Part shown: piece by piece, positions 53,122-62,612 of the stretch
Layout: the number at the start of each line of letters is the position of its first letter
Position numbering within the stretch: the first letter of the stretch is position 1
NCBI GenBank assembly: GCA_029260015.1
Contig: JAJDEB010000036.1
Span: 842,554-906,553, forward strand
Direction of reading: 5' to 3'
Source: Phycisphaerae bacterium
GTDB taxonomy: Bacteria; Planctomycetota; Phycisphaerae; UBA1845
DNA length: 64,000 nt
Translations under genes and position numbers: made by a program
Notes under the pieces: generated by a model
The model's input: the letters and a program-made list of their open reading frames with translations, nothing else
Database searches by the model: none
Told to the model about the DNA's origin: nothing

Positions 53122-53691
53122 ATGCGTGACCCATCCAACCAACCCAATGACGACACCATTCGCCAGTTGAGCGAATACGTTGATGGCTCGCTCGATCCTG
53201 CAGATGCCGTCGAGCTGATGCAGCGCGTCGCAACCGACCGCACACTTCAAAAAGAACTCGAGGCACTTCGGGCAGCCGATGCGCTAATCAAAACCCATCA
53301 AGACGAAATGCCCGAAGTCGATTGGGATGCGTTCTCAGGTTCGGTCCGAAGTCGTGTTGAAAAATCGGTGAAGCGCGAAAAACGGACGTCGCGAAATCTG
53401 GTCTTTCGGCAGTGGCGACCATTGGCAGCAGCGGCTGCTTTGGCGATGTCGATCACTGCGTTTCTCATCGTCGATCGAAAACCGAATGCACCGCAACCGC
53501 TGTTGTCCACCATCAGCGTGGACGTTTCGATTGATCGACCCAGACGCAACACACGCAATTCTAAGTCGGAAGGAATAGTCATCGCATCGGTTTCGCGCGA
53601 TCGGCCTGCTGATTTCTTTGGAAGCGACTCGGACATTGTGGGTCCGCCTCATTACAAACGGTCGATCCTGGTGGTGACCGGATTGAATTGA
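53122..53691 (+). CDS. Putative single-pass anti-sigma factor
   Basis: It immediately follows the ECF sigma gene. The N-terminal LSEYVDGSLDPADAVELMQRV resembles an anti-sigma N-domain without the Zn ligands. It has one TM, LAAAAALAMSITAFLIV. Confidence 0.6.
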   Translation: MRDPSNQPNDDTIRQLSEYVDGSLDPADAVELMQRVATDRTLQKELEALRAADALIKTHQDEMPEVDWDAFSGSVRSRVEKSVKREKRTSRNLVFRQWRPLAAAAALAMSITAFLIVDRKPNAPQPLLSTISVDVSIDRPRRNTRNSKSEGIVIASVSRDRPADFFGSDSDIVGPPHYKRSILVVTGLN

Positions 53692-53709
53692 TCCTCAAAT
53701 GATACTGCA

Positions 53710-54837
53710 ATGCCAAACCGTACAGGACAAACCATGCGACGAATGATACTGACGTTATCTTTCTTGTTCATATTTTCTGGCACTCGCGCGAACGCTGCCG
53801 GTCCAACGGTGGCTGAGCGACTCGACGCGGGTTTGACGATCAGCCTTGAAAACATGCCTATCGTGGACGCGTTCAAACAGTTAGCGATGAGCGCAGAAAT
53901 CGACATTCGTGTTGACGATGAAGCGGTCAGCGCCCTTCCCTACGGCGATCGAACGAAGGTCACGATCGTCCTGGATGATGCCAACGTGCGCATGGGCCTG
54001 GCTGCGATCTGCAATCAACTCGGCCTGATCTTTGAAAACACTGGCGATCACGTCGCGGTGAAACCTTCGCCGCCACTTCGCCGAATCGGCCGAACAGCGA
54101 CCTGGGATGAAATCGACACGGTCACGCAAATGCACTCGGCACAATGGTCCAACACTGACGATGTGAAACGTCATCTTTCAAATCGACTTCGGTTTGCCGG
54201 AATTGAGGACAATCACGAAGCGAGTTGGAAGAAGCTTCGTGGTGCGATCAATCCGAACCGAGAAGGCCCTATCGATGCGGCGCTGACAGAAGGATGCGAC
54301 GCGCTGAATTGGACATGGTATCCCGAGGGTAAACAGGTCGTGGTGCTACCGTTAGAAGATCAAATCGCCCGCCAGCTTGAACGCGTCATTTCGATCAAGC
54401 ACTATGGTGAACCGCTGGCCGAAGTGCTGCGTGATTTGTCGCAGCTCGCCGGCGTTTCGATCGAAGTCAAGGGAAGTGCTGCGGCTACCTTGCCAATTGA
54501 AATCAAAGAAAGTTTCACGCTGGTGGCTGAAGGTGTCAGCATCAAAGAAGCGATCATTCAAATCACGTTGACTGCCGACCTCGACTTGGTAATTCGAGAT
54601 GACAGAGTCATACTCGTTCGCAGCGATCGAATGGGGCCACCCTCGCGTCGACGGCGCATGAACAACTCCATCGTCGGTGCCATTCGCGTTCCAAGTTCAA
54701 ATAGCGACTTCACCTACGATTGGTTTATCCGCGAATCCGACCTGACGCCTGAAGAAAACGCCAAGCGCGAACTTCAGGTCAAAGAGGCAATCGAAGCAAT
54801 GAAGAAGGATTTGGCCGTAGTTGAACTGAACGATTAG
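53710..54837 (+). CDS. Secreted protein with two secretin-N/STN-like modules (hypothetical)
   Basis: Signal peptide MRRMILTLSFLFIFSGTRANA. The two modules are LENMPIVDAFKQLAMSAEIDIRVD...VTIVLDDANVRMGLAAICNQLGL and HYGEPLAEVLRDLSQLAGVSIEVK...FTLVAEGVSIKEAIIQITL. Confidence 0.65.
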   Translation: MPNRTGQTMRRMILTLSFLFIFSGTRANAAGPTVAERLDAGLTISLENMPIVDAFKQLAMSAEIDIRVDDEAVSALPYGDRTKVTIVLDDANVRMGLAAICNQLGLIFENTGDHVAVKPSPPLRRIGRTATWDEIDTVTQMHSAQWSNTDDVKRHLSNRLRFAGIEDNHEASWKKLRGAINPNREGPIDAALTEGCDALNWTWYPEGKQVVVLPLEDQIARQLERVISIKHYGEPLAEVLRDLSQLAGVSIEVKGSAAATLPIEIKESFTLVAEGVSIKEAIIQITLTADLDLVIRDDRVILVRSDRMGPPSRRRRMNNSIVGAIRVPSSNSDFTYDWFIRESDLTPEENAKRELQVKEAIEAMKKDLAVVELND

Positions 54838-55964
54838 GACGCAGGTTGCGAAGAGCGTTTCATTCCGGTCATCGAGCGTGAGCCTGACTTCACCGAGATC
54901 TTGCTATCTGAAGCAGACGGTGAGCGCGGCTTGCTTTCGACTGGTTCTTTGGCATTCTCCGAGGCTTTTTCGAAAAAGCTTCCCAACCCGCGAATGCGTT
55001 CATAGCGTTTCCGCAGAAGCGTATCGACCTTGTATCGCTTCAAATCGCGTAGCGAGTCGGTGAAGTATTTCTCGAGACTCGCGGCAGTCGCCATGGGATC
55101 ACGATGGGCACCACCCATTGGTTCCTTAATGACCGAGTCGATGATGTTCAGACGCATCAGGTCTTTGGCGGTCAGCTTCAACGACTCAGCCGCCAACTTG
55201 CGCTGCTCACCCGTGCGCCACAAAATCGCCGCGCAACCTTCCGGTGAAATCACCGAATAGAATGAATGCTCAAACATCGCAACACGATCACCCACACCGA
55301 TACCCAATGCACCACCACTACCGCCTTCGCCAATCACGCAACAAACGATAGGTGTTTTCAAACGTGACATCTCGCGAAGGTTCACCGCGATCGCTGAACT
55401 AATACCGCGCTCTTCAGCGCCGATACCGGGGTATGCACCTTGCGTGTCGATCAGGCAGACAACGGGCAGGCCAAACTTTTCGGCCATCTTCATTGCGCGG
55501 AGGGCTTTGCGATATCCTTCCGGATGGGCGCAACCAAAATTGCATGCAATTCGTTCTGAGGTGTCACGACCTTTGTTGTGTCCGATGACGATGACCTTGT
55601 GCGGACCGATTCGGCCAAACCCGGTGATGATCGCTTTGTCGTCACCGTACAACCGGTCGCCATGAATTTCGCAGAAGTCGCGAACCATCGTCCCCAAGTA
55701 ATGGGGTGAAAGCGGACGCTGCGGATGACGTGCAACCAGGACCGTTTCCCAAGCCGTAAGGTGCGAGTACAACCGCTTGGTCATCTGCTTAAGACGCTGG
55801 CGCAGATCTTTGAGGTCTTTGGAAAAATCCCGTCCCCCATCCAACTGATCGCGTTCGAGCTGCTCGATCTCCAGGTGGATGCGATATAGGGGTTTTTCAA
55901 ATTCCAGATAGCTGGCCGCACTGGCCGACGCCATCGCCGTACCGGTCGAAGTCGAATTATTCAT
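54834..55964 (-). CDS. accA: Acetyl-CoA carboxylase carboxyltransferase subunit alpha
   Basis: Motif GFGRIGPHKVIVIGHNKGRDTSERIACNFGCAHPEGYRKALRAMKMAEKFGLPVVCLIDTQGAYPGIGAEERG. I start at the ATG at 55964; the ORF-track start is 56009. It has a Ser/Lys-rich C-terminal extension. Confidence 0.9.
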   Translation of the reverse strand: MNNSTSTGTAMASASAASYLEFEKPLYRIHLEIEQLERDQLDGGRDFSKDLKDLRQRLKQMTKRLYSHLTAWETVLVARHPQRPLSPHYLGTMVRDFCEIHGDRLYGDDKAIITGFGRIGPHKVIVIGHNKGRDTSERIACNFGCAHPEGYRKALRAMKMAEKFGLPVVCLIDTQGAYPGIGAEERGISSAIAVNLREMSRLKTPIVCCVIGEGGSGGALGIGVGDRVAMFEHSFYSVISPEGCAAILWRTGEQRKLAAESLKLTAKDLMRLNIIDSVIKEPMGGAHRDPMATAASLEKYFTDSLRDLKRYKVDTLLRKRYERIRGLGSFFEKASENAKEPVESKPRSPSASDSKISVKSGSRSMTGMKRSSQPAS

Positions 55965-56328
55965 ATGATCTTTCTCAGCCGAGGAGCGGTACCGCGCGAA
56001 TTCACGCAACCCTCGGGAAGCTTGCTCACCAAGAGGTGAAGCATATCACGCTCTTGGGATACCTCAAGAAAATACCGCAACTTCCCAAGAACGTTGCACC
56101 CGATAACCGGAGATTCGCCCTAGAAACCTTAAGTAGTGCCCGGAAATAACCTTACCGCTACGCTTCATCGGCCAATGAACGCAGTTTTGATCAGTCAAAC
56201 TGAACATTCAAAAGCGGCGCCTGTGACAACTTCTTACCCCTTTGACGGACGATTTTGAGGCTGAGGTACTGGTGGTGGTGATTCTGCCCGTGGGGAATTT
56301 TCGAGGCTCCTGGCGCGGTGGCGAATGC

Positions 56329-59300
56329 CTATCGACCCAACGCAGCCCCAGATGCCCGAGCCGGAAAAAGGGAATCCCGGATCGACCGACCGGCCTTCTT
56401 GAAGTCCTTTTCGATCACGCAGAAACAAGGCACCAAAATCAAAGTCAGCAACGTCGCAAATGCCAACCCCGCCGCGATCGAAATGCCCATTGGGATCAGG
56501 AAGCGCGCCTGGAATGATGTCTCGGTAAGGAGCGGTGCCAACCCGAGGATCGTGGTGATCGACGTCAACATGATGGCCCGAAGTCTCGACAAACCACCGT
56601 CCATCACCGCATCTTTGATGTCGCTACCCTCGGCCAATCGCTCATTGATGAAGCAAACCAGGATCAACGAATCGTTGACGACGATACCTGTCAGCGCCAC
56701 CAACCCGACCAGCGAGAAGAACGTCAGCGGATAACCCATCGCATAGTGGCCGAACAGCGCCCCAATGAATCCAAACGGAATCGCCAGCATCACAATGGCC
56801 GGCTGCGTGTAGCTCTTAAACAACGCGACCAGCAATATATAAATCCCCGCGAGTGCGAGTGAGCCATCGCGATTCAGCGAACTGAACGACTTGCGGAATT
56901 CATCGGTTTGTCCACCCAGGGCGAACTTCACACCTGGGTTGTCACGAGTCCACTCGTCAAAATTCGATTCCATCACTGCCAGCACTTCGCGCGAATTGGC
57001 GATCTCATCGTCGACATCGGCTTTGACGGTGATGGTGCGCAGTTGATCCTTGCGCCGAATGGTTGCGTAACCCACGCCATCGCGAATCGAGGCCACTTCG
57101 CAGATTGGCACCAGATGTCCGGCTGGCGTGGCGATGCGCATTTGTTCCAGGTCGGTGAGCATACCGCGCTGCGACTCGGGATAACGCACCATGATCTTGA
57201 CGTCTTCGCGGTCGCGTTGAATCTTGCGGGCTTCGAGTCCGTAGAAGGCAGCCCGCACCTGTGTCGCCAGACTCTGCGTCGTGAGGCCGAGCGCCCGGCC
57301 CGAATCCATCAGTTCAACCAATACTTCGCGCTGGCCCGAATCGAAATCGTCCTCGATGTCATAAACACCGTCGAACTCGAGAAGGCGAGTCTTGACGCGG
57401 TCGGAGACGGCTTGCAATTCTTCGACGTTTCCCCCGGAAATTTCGATCTGGATCGCTGCCCCGCCAGGCCCACCGCTCATCGGCCTGAACGTCAGCGAAT
57501 TGATTCCGGTCATATTGGCGGTGCGTTCGCGCATGATCCGCAGGATTTCGTCGCTCGACCGCTCGCGTGATTCGCCAGCATCGAGTTCGATGATCATCTG
57601 ACCGAGATGCGCTGCGCTGGCATCGCCGCCCTGCATGTTCATGTCCACCTGCCCGCCGATTAGCGAGAAGCGAGTTTTGATTTCCGGGAAATCAGATGTG
57701 GCATTTTCGAGAAACCGCATTTTTTCGTTGGTCTGATCGATCGTCGAACCGACTGGTAATTCTAAAGCAACGATCAACGAATCGGCGTCCATTTTTTGAA
57801 TGAACACAACCTGAACCCTTCCGCCAACGACCATGCCCACGGCGACAATCAGCATCGCCAAAGCGATCGACACGGAGACATAGCGATATTCAATCGCCCG
57901 ATCCAGCAACCGGTGGTAGTTTTTTTTAATTACCGAATCGACAAACCTGATTTGCTTGGCCCGTAACCCATCCAGCCACAGTCCGATGCGTCCTTTGTCG
58001 CCATTTTTTTTCTTTTGCCGCCGCGCCTCCCGTTCAAACGTTTCAGCAAGGTGTGATGGAAGAATCGTCAATGCTTCAAAAAGAGAAATCGCCAACGAGA
58101 ACATGACAATCATTGGAAGCACGCGAAGAAAGTCGCCCATCATCCCTTTGATGAACAGCATTGGCATGAACGCGATAATTGTCGTGGAAATGGCGATGGT
58201 GACAGGTAGTGTCACTTCTTCGGCGCCAACCGTAGCCGCCAGCCTCGGCTCAACACCTTGTTCGATCTTTGAGTAAATGTGCTCGCCGACGATGATCGCG
58301 TCGTCAACCAGCATGCCCAGCACCACAATCAACCCGAACATCGAAATCAGGTTGAGGGTGATTCCGCCGACCTGCATCAAACAGAACGTGCCCAGAATCG
58401 CCAGCACCAATCCCATCATCACCCAGAATGCCACCCGCCAGTTCAAGAAGAATAGCAGCGAAAGAAAGACAAACACCAGACCCCAAAAACCGTTTCGCTG
58501 CAGTAAATCCAAACGCCCTTCGATGTACACCGACAAATCAGAGTGCGTCTTGACCGACCCGATTTTCGGATACGGCGTAGCGTACGCATCGTCATAAATT
58601 TCATTCAACACCCGACCTTGACCGGTCAGCTTGCTGAGCAGCGGAACCTCAAACGGTTCGTGCATCTTTCCCGCGACCATCGCTTTGACTTTGCGGGTGA
58701 TCTCAATCGCATCCTGATCAGACGTCTTAGACACCATGACGCTGACGCCGGGTTTGCCCTCCATCCTCGATAGCAAATCAGTGTCTTCAAAACCATCCAC
58801 CACGTTGGCCACATCGCTGAGGCGCACGACGCGTCCGGAAGAGTCGGCTTTGACGATCAGATCGGCGATTTCAACGCCGACATCCTTTTCACCAAGCGTT
58901 CGCACAGCGAGGTTTGCTCTTCCGGTTTTGATCTGCCCACCGGGCAGGTCCATGTTGCCGCGCTGGATCGCCTCGGAGATATCCATAAAGGACAGTCCAT
59001 ACCGTTGGAGTTGCTCAGGGCGTACCTCGACGCTGATTTCGTCGCGCTTGGTTCCCGAAAGCGTTACTTCCGTCACACCGGGAAGGGCCAACAAATCGTC
59101 GCGAAGTTCCTTACCGAAGGTCTTTAGCTGCTCGTCGCTCATGTCGCCGTAGAGCGAAACGTTGATCACGGGAAGCGTCGGCTCGAATCGGGCGACGACG
59201 GTCTCTTCAGCCTCTTCGGGAAAATCGTCACGCGGGATGGAGTCGACGGCGTTCTTGACATCGGTGACCACACGATCAACGTCGTCGAAGTCGTTGTACA

Positions 59301-59586
59301 GCTTGGCCATGATGACGCTGGAGCCTTCGCGAATCGTGGACTCGATCGTCTCGATGCCTTGGATGTTTTTGATCTGCTCTTCAATCTTGATCGTGATGCC
59401 TTTTTCCACCTCAGCCGGTGAAGCACCAGGATAGGGCGTGGAAATCATCACCTGCTTCGGGCGGATTTCGGGGAACATCTCGCGCACCAGTGTGAATGCG
59501 CAATACCCACCACCGATGACGATCGAATACATCAGCAGGTTGACCAAAATCGGATTTTGAACGCTTAGCCGCGGAAGCGATCTCAC
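56329..59586 (-). CDS. RND efflux transporter permease (AcrB/HAE family)
   Basis: 1085-aa ORF with 12 TMs and two large periplasmic loops. The N-terminus is NPILVNLLMYSIVIGGGY..PEIRPKQVMISTPYPGASPAEVE. Its GTG start overlaps the adaptor stop (GTGA). Confidence 0.92.
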   Translation of the reverse strand: MRSLPRLSVQNPILVNLLMYSIVIGGGYCAFTLVREMFPEIRPKQVMISTPYPGASPAEVEKGITIKIEEQIKNIQGIETIESTIREGSSVIMAKLYNDFDDVDRVVTDVKNAVDSIPRDDFPEEAEETVVARFEPTLPVINVSLYGDMSDEQLKTFGKELRDDLLALPGVTEVTLSGTKRDEISVEVRPEQLQRYGLSFMDISEAIQRGNMDLPGGQIKTGRANLAVRTLGEKDVGVEIADLIVKADSSGRVVRLSDVANVVDGFEDTDLLSRMEGKPGVSVMVSKTSDQDAIEITRKVKAMVAGKMHEPFEVPLLSKLTGQGRVLNEIYDDAYATPYPKIGSVKTHSDLSVYIEGRLDLLQRNGFWGLVFVFLSLLFFLNWRVAFWVMMGLVLAILGTFCLMQVGGITLNLISMFGLIVVLGMLVDDAIIVGEHIYSKIEQGVEPRLAATVGAEEVTLPVTIAISTTIIAFMPMLFIKGMMGDFLRVLPMIVMFSLAISLFEALTILPSHLAETFEREARRQKKKNGDKGRIGLWLDGLRAKQIRFVDSVIKKNYHRLLDRAIEYRYVSVSIALAMLIVAVGMVVGGRVQVVFIQKMDADSLIVALELPVGSTIDQTNEKMRFLENATSDFPEIKTRFSLIGGQVDMNMQGGDASAAHLGQMIIELDAGESRERSSDEILRIMRERTANMTGINSLTFRPMSGGPGGAAIQIEISGGNVEELQAVSDRVKTRLLEFDGVYDIEDDFDSGQREVLVELMDSGRALGLTTQSLATQVRAAFYGLEARKIQRDREDVKIMVRYPESQRGMLTDLEQMRIATPAGHLVPICEVASIRDGVGYATIRRKDQLRTITVKADVDDEIANSREVLAVMESNFDEWTRDNPGVKFALGGQTDEFRKSFSSLNRDGSLALAGIYILLVALFKSYTQPAIVMLAIPFGFIGALFGHYAMGYPLTFFSLVGLVALTGIVVNDSLILVCFINERLAEGSDIKDAVMDGGLSRLRAIMLTSITTILGLAPLLTETSFQARFLIPMGISIAAGLAFATLLTLILVPCFCVIEKDFKKAGRSIRDSLFPARASGAALGR

Positions 59587-60902
59587 GGTGCGCCCTCCGC
59601 ATCTTGGGCCAATGTCGTATGCGTCGCGCCGTTTGAAGTCGTGAAACCATTTGAATTGGAATCGTCGTTACCGGCTTCCGATTCAAGGCGAACCGGCGCA
59701 TCATCGTATAAGACATCAAGGTTGCTGGTGATGACCAGATCGCCAGCTTTAACATCTCCGGCAAGGATGGCGTCGTCGTCGATGAAACGAAGTATCTCGA
59801 CAGTTCGAACGTGGGCTTTGTGACCGTTGGCCACATAGACCTGTCCCTCTGTCACGGCGTGACGTGGAACGATCAGTGCCTGCGCCAACAATTCGCCATC
59901 GACAGCTGCCTTAACAAAATATCCTGGCAAAAGTGGAGATTCCTGAGCCGTGTTGTCTACTTCGACATACACACGATAGGTGCGATTTTGCATATTGGCG
60001 CTGGGGGCAATGCGTCCAATGGTGCCTTCCCAGCGGGTGTGCGGCATGCTTTCAACATACAGTTCGACCTTGGCTCCGACGTGCGCTTGCGGGCGCGTCG
60101 ACACGGGCAACTCTACGGGAATCTCGATGCGATCGAGATTGAGCATCTCTAAAATTGGCGAACCCATTTGCACACGATCGCCCACATCGACACTGATTGA
60201 CTCGATCACACCGTCAAACGGCGCTTTGATTTCGCAGCGTTCGATGTTGAGTTGAGCGCGCTGGGCCGACGCCTTTGCACCGGCTTGCTGGGCTTCGAGT
60301 TGCATGCGCTGCGGTTCGATCAATGCGACTTCGTTGTCGATCTGTTGCTTGGCCCGCAGCGCGACTTGATAACGGAGTCGCGCGTTGTCGCGTTCGGTCT
60401 TGGGGGCTGCCCCTCTTGTAAACAGGCCATCGACGCGCTCGTACTCGTCGCGGGTAAGCTTCAAATCCGATTCAGCGATTTCCAAAAGCGACCGCTGATT
60501 TTGCTGCTGCACGCTCAGTTGGCGAATCTGGGCCTCAAAAGAGGCGATGCGACTCTCGGCTTCGTGTAATTCCTGGTGGTATTGTCGATCGTCGAGGCGG
60601 ATCAGCACATCGCCAACCGAGACTCGATCACCAACGTCGATGTTGTTGACCCGTTCGATCACTGCAGCATTAATCTCAGCCGTCAGCGTCGCCTGTTTGT
60701 CGGCCAAAGCACTACCGTATCCGCGAAGGATGTCGCGAACCTGCTGCGGTTGCAATTCAACGGTCGAAACAAGCGGTGCCCGCGATGTCAGTTCACGCGT
60801 GGGCGGCTTTGGTTTGAGTGCGATCAGCAACTGCAGAACCCCAATACCACCCCCCAGAAATACCGCGACCAGAATGCCCGTCACCAACAGCTTGCGTGTC
60901 AT
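59583..60902 (-). CDS. RND efflux periplasmic adaptor (membrane fusion protein, HlyD family)
   Basis: I use the ATG at 60902 (MTRKLLVTGILVAVFLGGG, an anchor helix). It has a coiled-coil hairpin and lipoyl/beta-barrel segments. The longer ORF-track form, starting at 61073, runs through the REP element. Confidence 0.85.
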   Translation of the reverse strand: MTRKLLVTGILVAVFLGGGIGVLQLLIALKPKPPTRELTSRAPLVSTVELQPQQVRDILRGYGSALADKQATLTAEINAAVIERVNNIDVGDRVSVGDVLIRLDDRQYHQELHEAESRIASFEAQIRQLSVQQQNQRSLLEIAESDLKLTRDEYERVDGLFTRGAAPKTERDNARLRYQVALRAKQQIDNEVALIEPQRMQLEAQQAGAKASAQRAQLNIERCEIKAPFDGVIESISVDVGDRVQMGSPILEMLNLDRIEIPVELPVSTRPQAHVGAKVELYVESMPHTRWEGTIGRIAPSANMQNRTYRVYVEVDNTAQESPLLPGYFVKAAVDGELLAQALIVPRHAVTEGQVYVANGHKAHVRTVEILRFIDDDAILAGDVKAGDLVITSNLDVLYDDAPVRLESEAGNDDSNSNGFTTSNGATHTTLAQDAEGAP

Positions 60903-61045
60903 AAGCGCAAAAACCCCACCGCCATGCAGATTGTTTCCATGAGCCGGATTATACGCATCGTGAAATGAATGGACATGGCCAAACTTGCGGATTCCCACAA
61001 CATCCGACGAACCCTGCAAACACCGGACAGTTGGATCGCCTGATT

Positions 61046-61711
61046 GTAGGGTGGGCCGTGCCCACCAATTCAAATGTCTGCTCGCGCGTCAATACTAATC
61101 GAGGAGTCACCGGTCCAGTTAGGAGCCAACCAACCCAACCGTATATGTCGATGAACGCTGGACCACTGCCAATCAGACGGATCTGAAACATGTCCGCGTT
61201 TGACTGGATTTAAATGAATGTAATCTCGGTATATGAACAATTCACTTTCGCTGCGAATCTGGTGCTCCCAGAATCTACGCTGCCAAACTCCAAGTTCACG
61301 ATGTTTTTCCTGACTCTGTGATAGGGGCGTCAACGAGCCGGTTGCTTCGCTCCAGGTTTGGCTGAACTTTCGCTTCAACATCGACCAGCGAGCAGAGAAA
61401 TTTGAATCGTCTTTCGGAAGCATCCAGATGCAATGCAAATGATCCGGCAAGAGTACGATTGCCCAAAGTTCAAACGGCATTCGATGACGCGTTTGTTTGA
61501 ACGCATTTCGTAACAGACGGCGAGCAAGGGCATCCTTAAAGATTGGGCGACGTTTCTGCGTAACGACCGTGAAGAAATAAGTCGCGCCTGGTTCTCGACT
61601 TCTTCGGTATTCGGGCATCGCTCTAACAGATCAAGTCTAACCTGTGCAATGGAAGGGATTTTAGGTATTGCGCGCGTTTTGGTGGGCACGGCCCACCCTA
61701 CGATTCGCCGA
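61046..61711 (-). mobile_element. RAYT unit: REP-associated tyrosine transposase gene bracketed by inverted REP 21-mers
   Basis: GTAGGGTGGGCCGTGCCCACC lies at 61046-61066 and its exact reverse complement at 61691-61711, enclosing the 182-aa IS200/Y1-type transposase ORF. Confidence 0.85.
61070..61618 (-). CDS. REP-associated tyrosine transposase (RAYT; IS200-like Y1 HUH transposase)
   Basis: 182-aa ORF with the N-terminal GATYFFTVVT, the HUH motif LPDHLHCIW and the catalytic-Tyr helix YRDYIHLNPVKRG. Confidence 0.85.
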   Translation of the reverse strand: MPEYRRSREPGATYFFTVVTQKRRPIFKDALARRLLRNAFKQTRHRMPFELWAIVLLPDHLHCIWMLPKDDSNFSARWSMLKRKFSQTWSEATGSLTPLSQSQEKHRELGVWQRRFWEHQIRSESELFIYRDYIHLNPVKRGHVSDPSDWQWSSVHRHIRLGWLAPNWTGDSSISIDARADI

Positions 61712-61723
61712 TACATTTGTTCC

Positions 61724-62410
61724 TTACGACATTAGCTGATTGAACTGCGATTCCAACGAATCAACCCTTGATCGCAAATCCGCTAGTTCCCTTTGCAATT
61801 GTTCGATGGTTTCGTTTGCAACCGATATCGTCGCTGGTTGTGGCTGCGGGGTTGACGGTGTCGCGGCGACTTGGGTTACCGCCGTCGATATAGATGGGGC
61901 GTCTTCATCGTCGTCGGTATAAAGTAGGTGGGCGTGGCGAATCGCGGAGCGGCCTGGTTCGCGTGGTAGGGCTCTTATCATTGGCGTTTCGGCGCTGGCC
62001 AGGCAGTCTAGAACGATCGTAACGGCGGCGATGTCGTCGAATGGTACGAAGCGCGAACAGCGCGTCCGCAATTCGCCGACAGTTTGCGGGCCGCGCAGCA
62101 GCAGCTCTGTCATCACCGCACGCTCGCGCTTTTGCCAACCGAAGTGTTCCTCGACCTCGTGCTTATATTTCTTGGAGCGGGAACCTGCACCGGGCAGCAA
62201 CATCGTGACCAGCCCCTTTTGGCGCAAGGCTTCAAGCGTTTCCCAAACGGCGTCTTCATCGAGTTCCATGACCGGATCGCGATTTTGCTTTTGGTTGCAT
62301 GCCGCCACGATCGCCTTTTCAGTCATTGGATAGTAATCCGGCTGAGCCATCGACTTTTCAAGCAGCGAACCCAGCACCCGACGTTCAAACGAATTCAGCG
62401 AAGTTTGCAT
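61724..62410 (-). CDS. yceH: YceH-family protein (DUF480/UPF0502)
   Basis: The N-terminus LNSFERRVLGSLLEKSMAQPDYYPMTEKAIVAACNQKQNRDPVMEL and ..LLLRGPQTVGELRTR.. parallel E. coli YceH as I recall it. Confidence 0.85.
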   Translation of the reverse strand: MQTSLNSFERRVLGSLLEKSMAQPDYYPMTEKAIVAACNQKQNRDPVMELDEDAVWETLEALRQKGLVTMLLPGAGSRSKKYKHEVEEHFGWQKRERAVMTELLLRGPQTVGELRTRCSRFVPFDDIAAVTIVLDCLASAETPMIRALPREPGRSAIRHAHLLYTDDDEDAPSISTAVTQVAATPSTPQPQPATISVANETIEQLQRELADLRSRVDSLESQFNQLMS

Positions 62411-62612
62411 GACTGCACCTGTCTTCCAAAGTCCAACCGATCCGCCAGCGTGCGATCGCTGACTTAGATGACCGGTAGCGTCAGGTTATCCTTGGGAATT
62501 GGAGCGCGTCAAATGGCAGGCGTGTGATTGGGGCACATCGGTGGCGCGCCGACCGATGGTCGCAGCGTTTGCCCCCATGATTCACGGTGGCGCTGGCGAT
62601 CGTGCGGCGAAT

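Noticed and set aside
54834-54837. Overlapping convergent stop codons (TTAG: TAG for 53710-54837, TAA for accA)
   Set aside because: This is real but trivial. Convergent genes sharing stop nucleotides need no special explanation.
60903-61073. 57-residue N-terminal extension of the RND adaptor ORF
   Set aside because: The extension reads through the REP 21-mer (..WARPTLQ..) and precedes a normal Met plus anchor helix at 60902.
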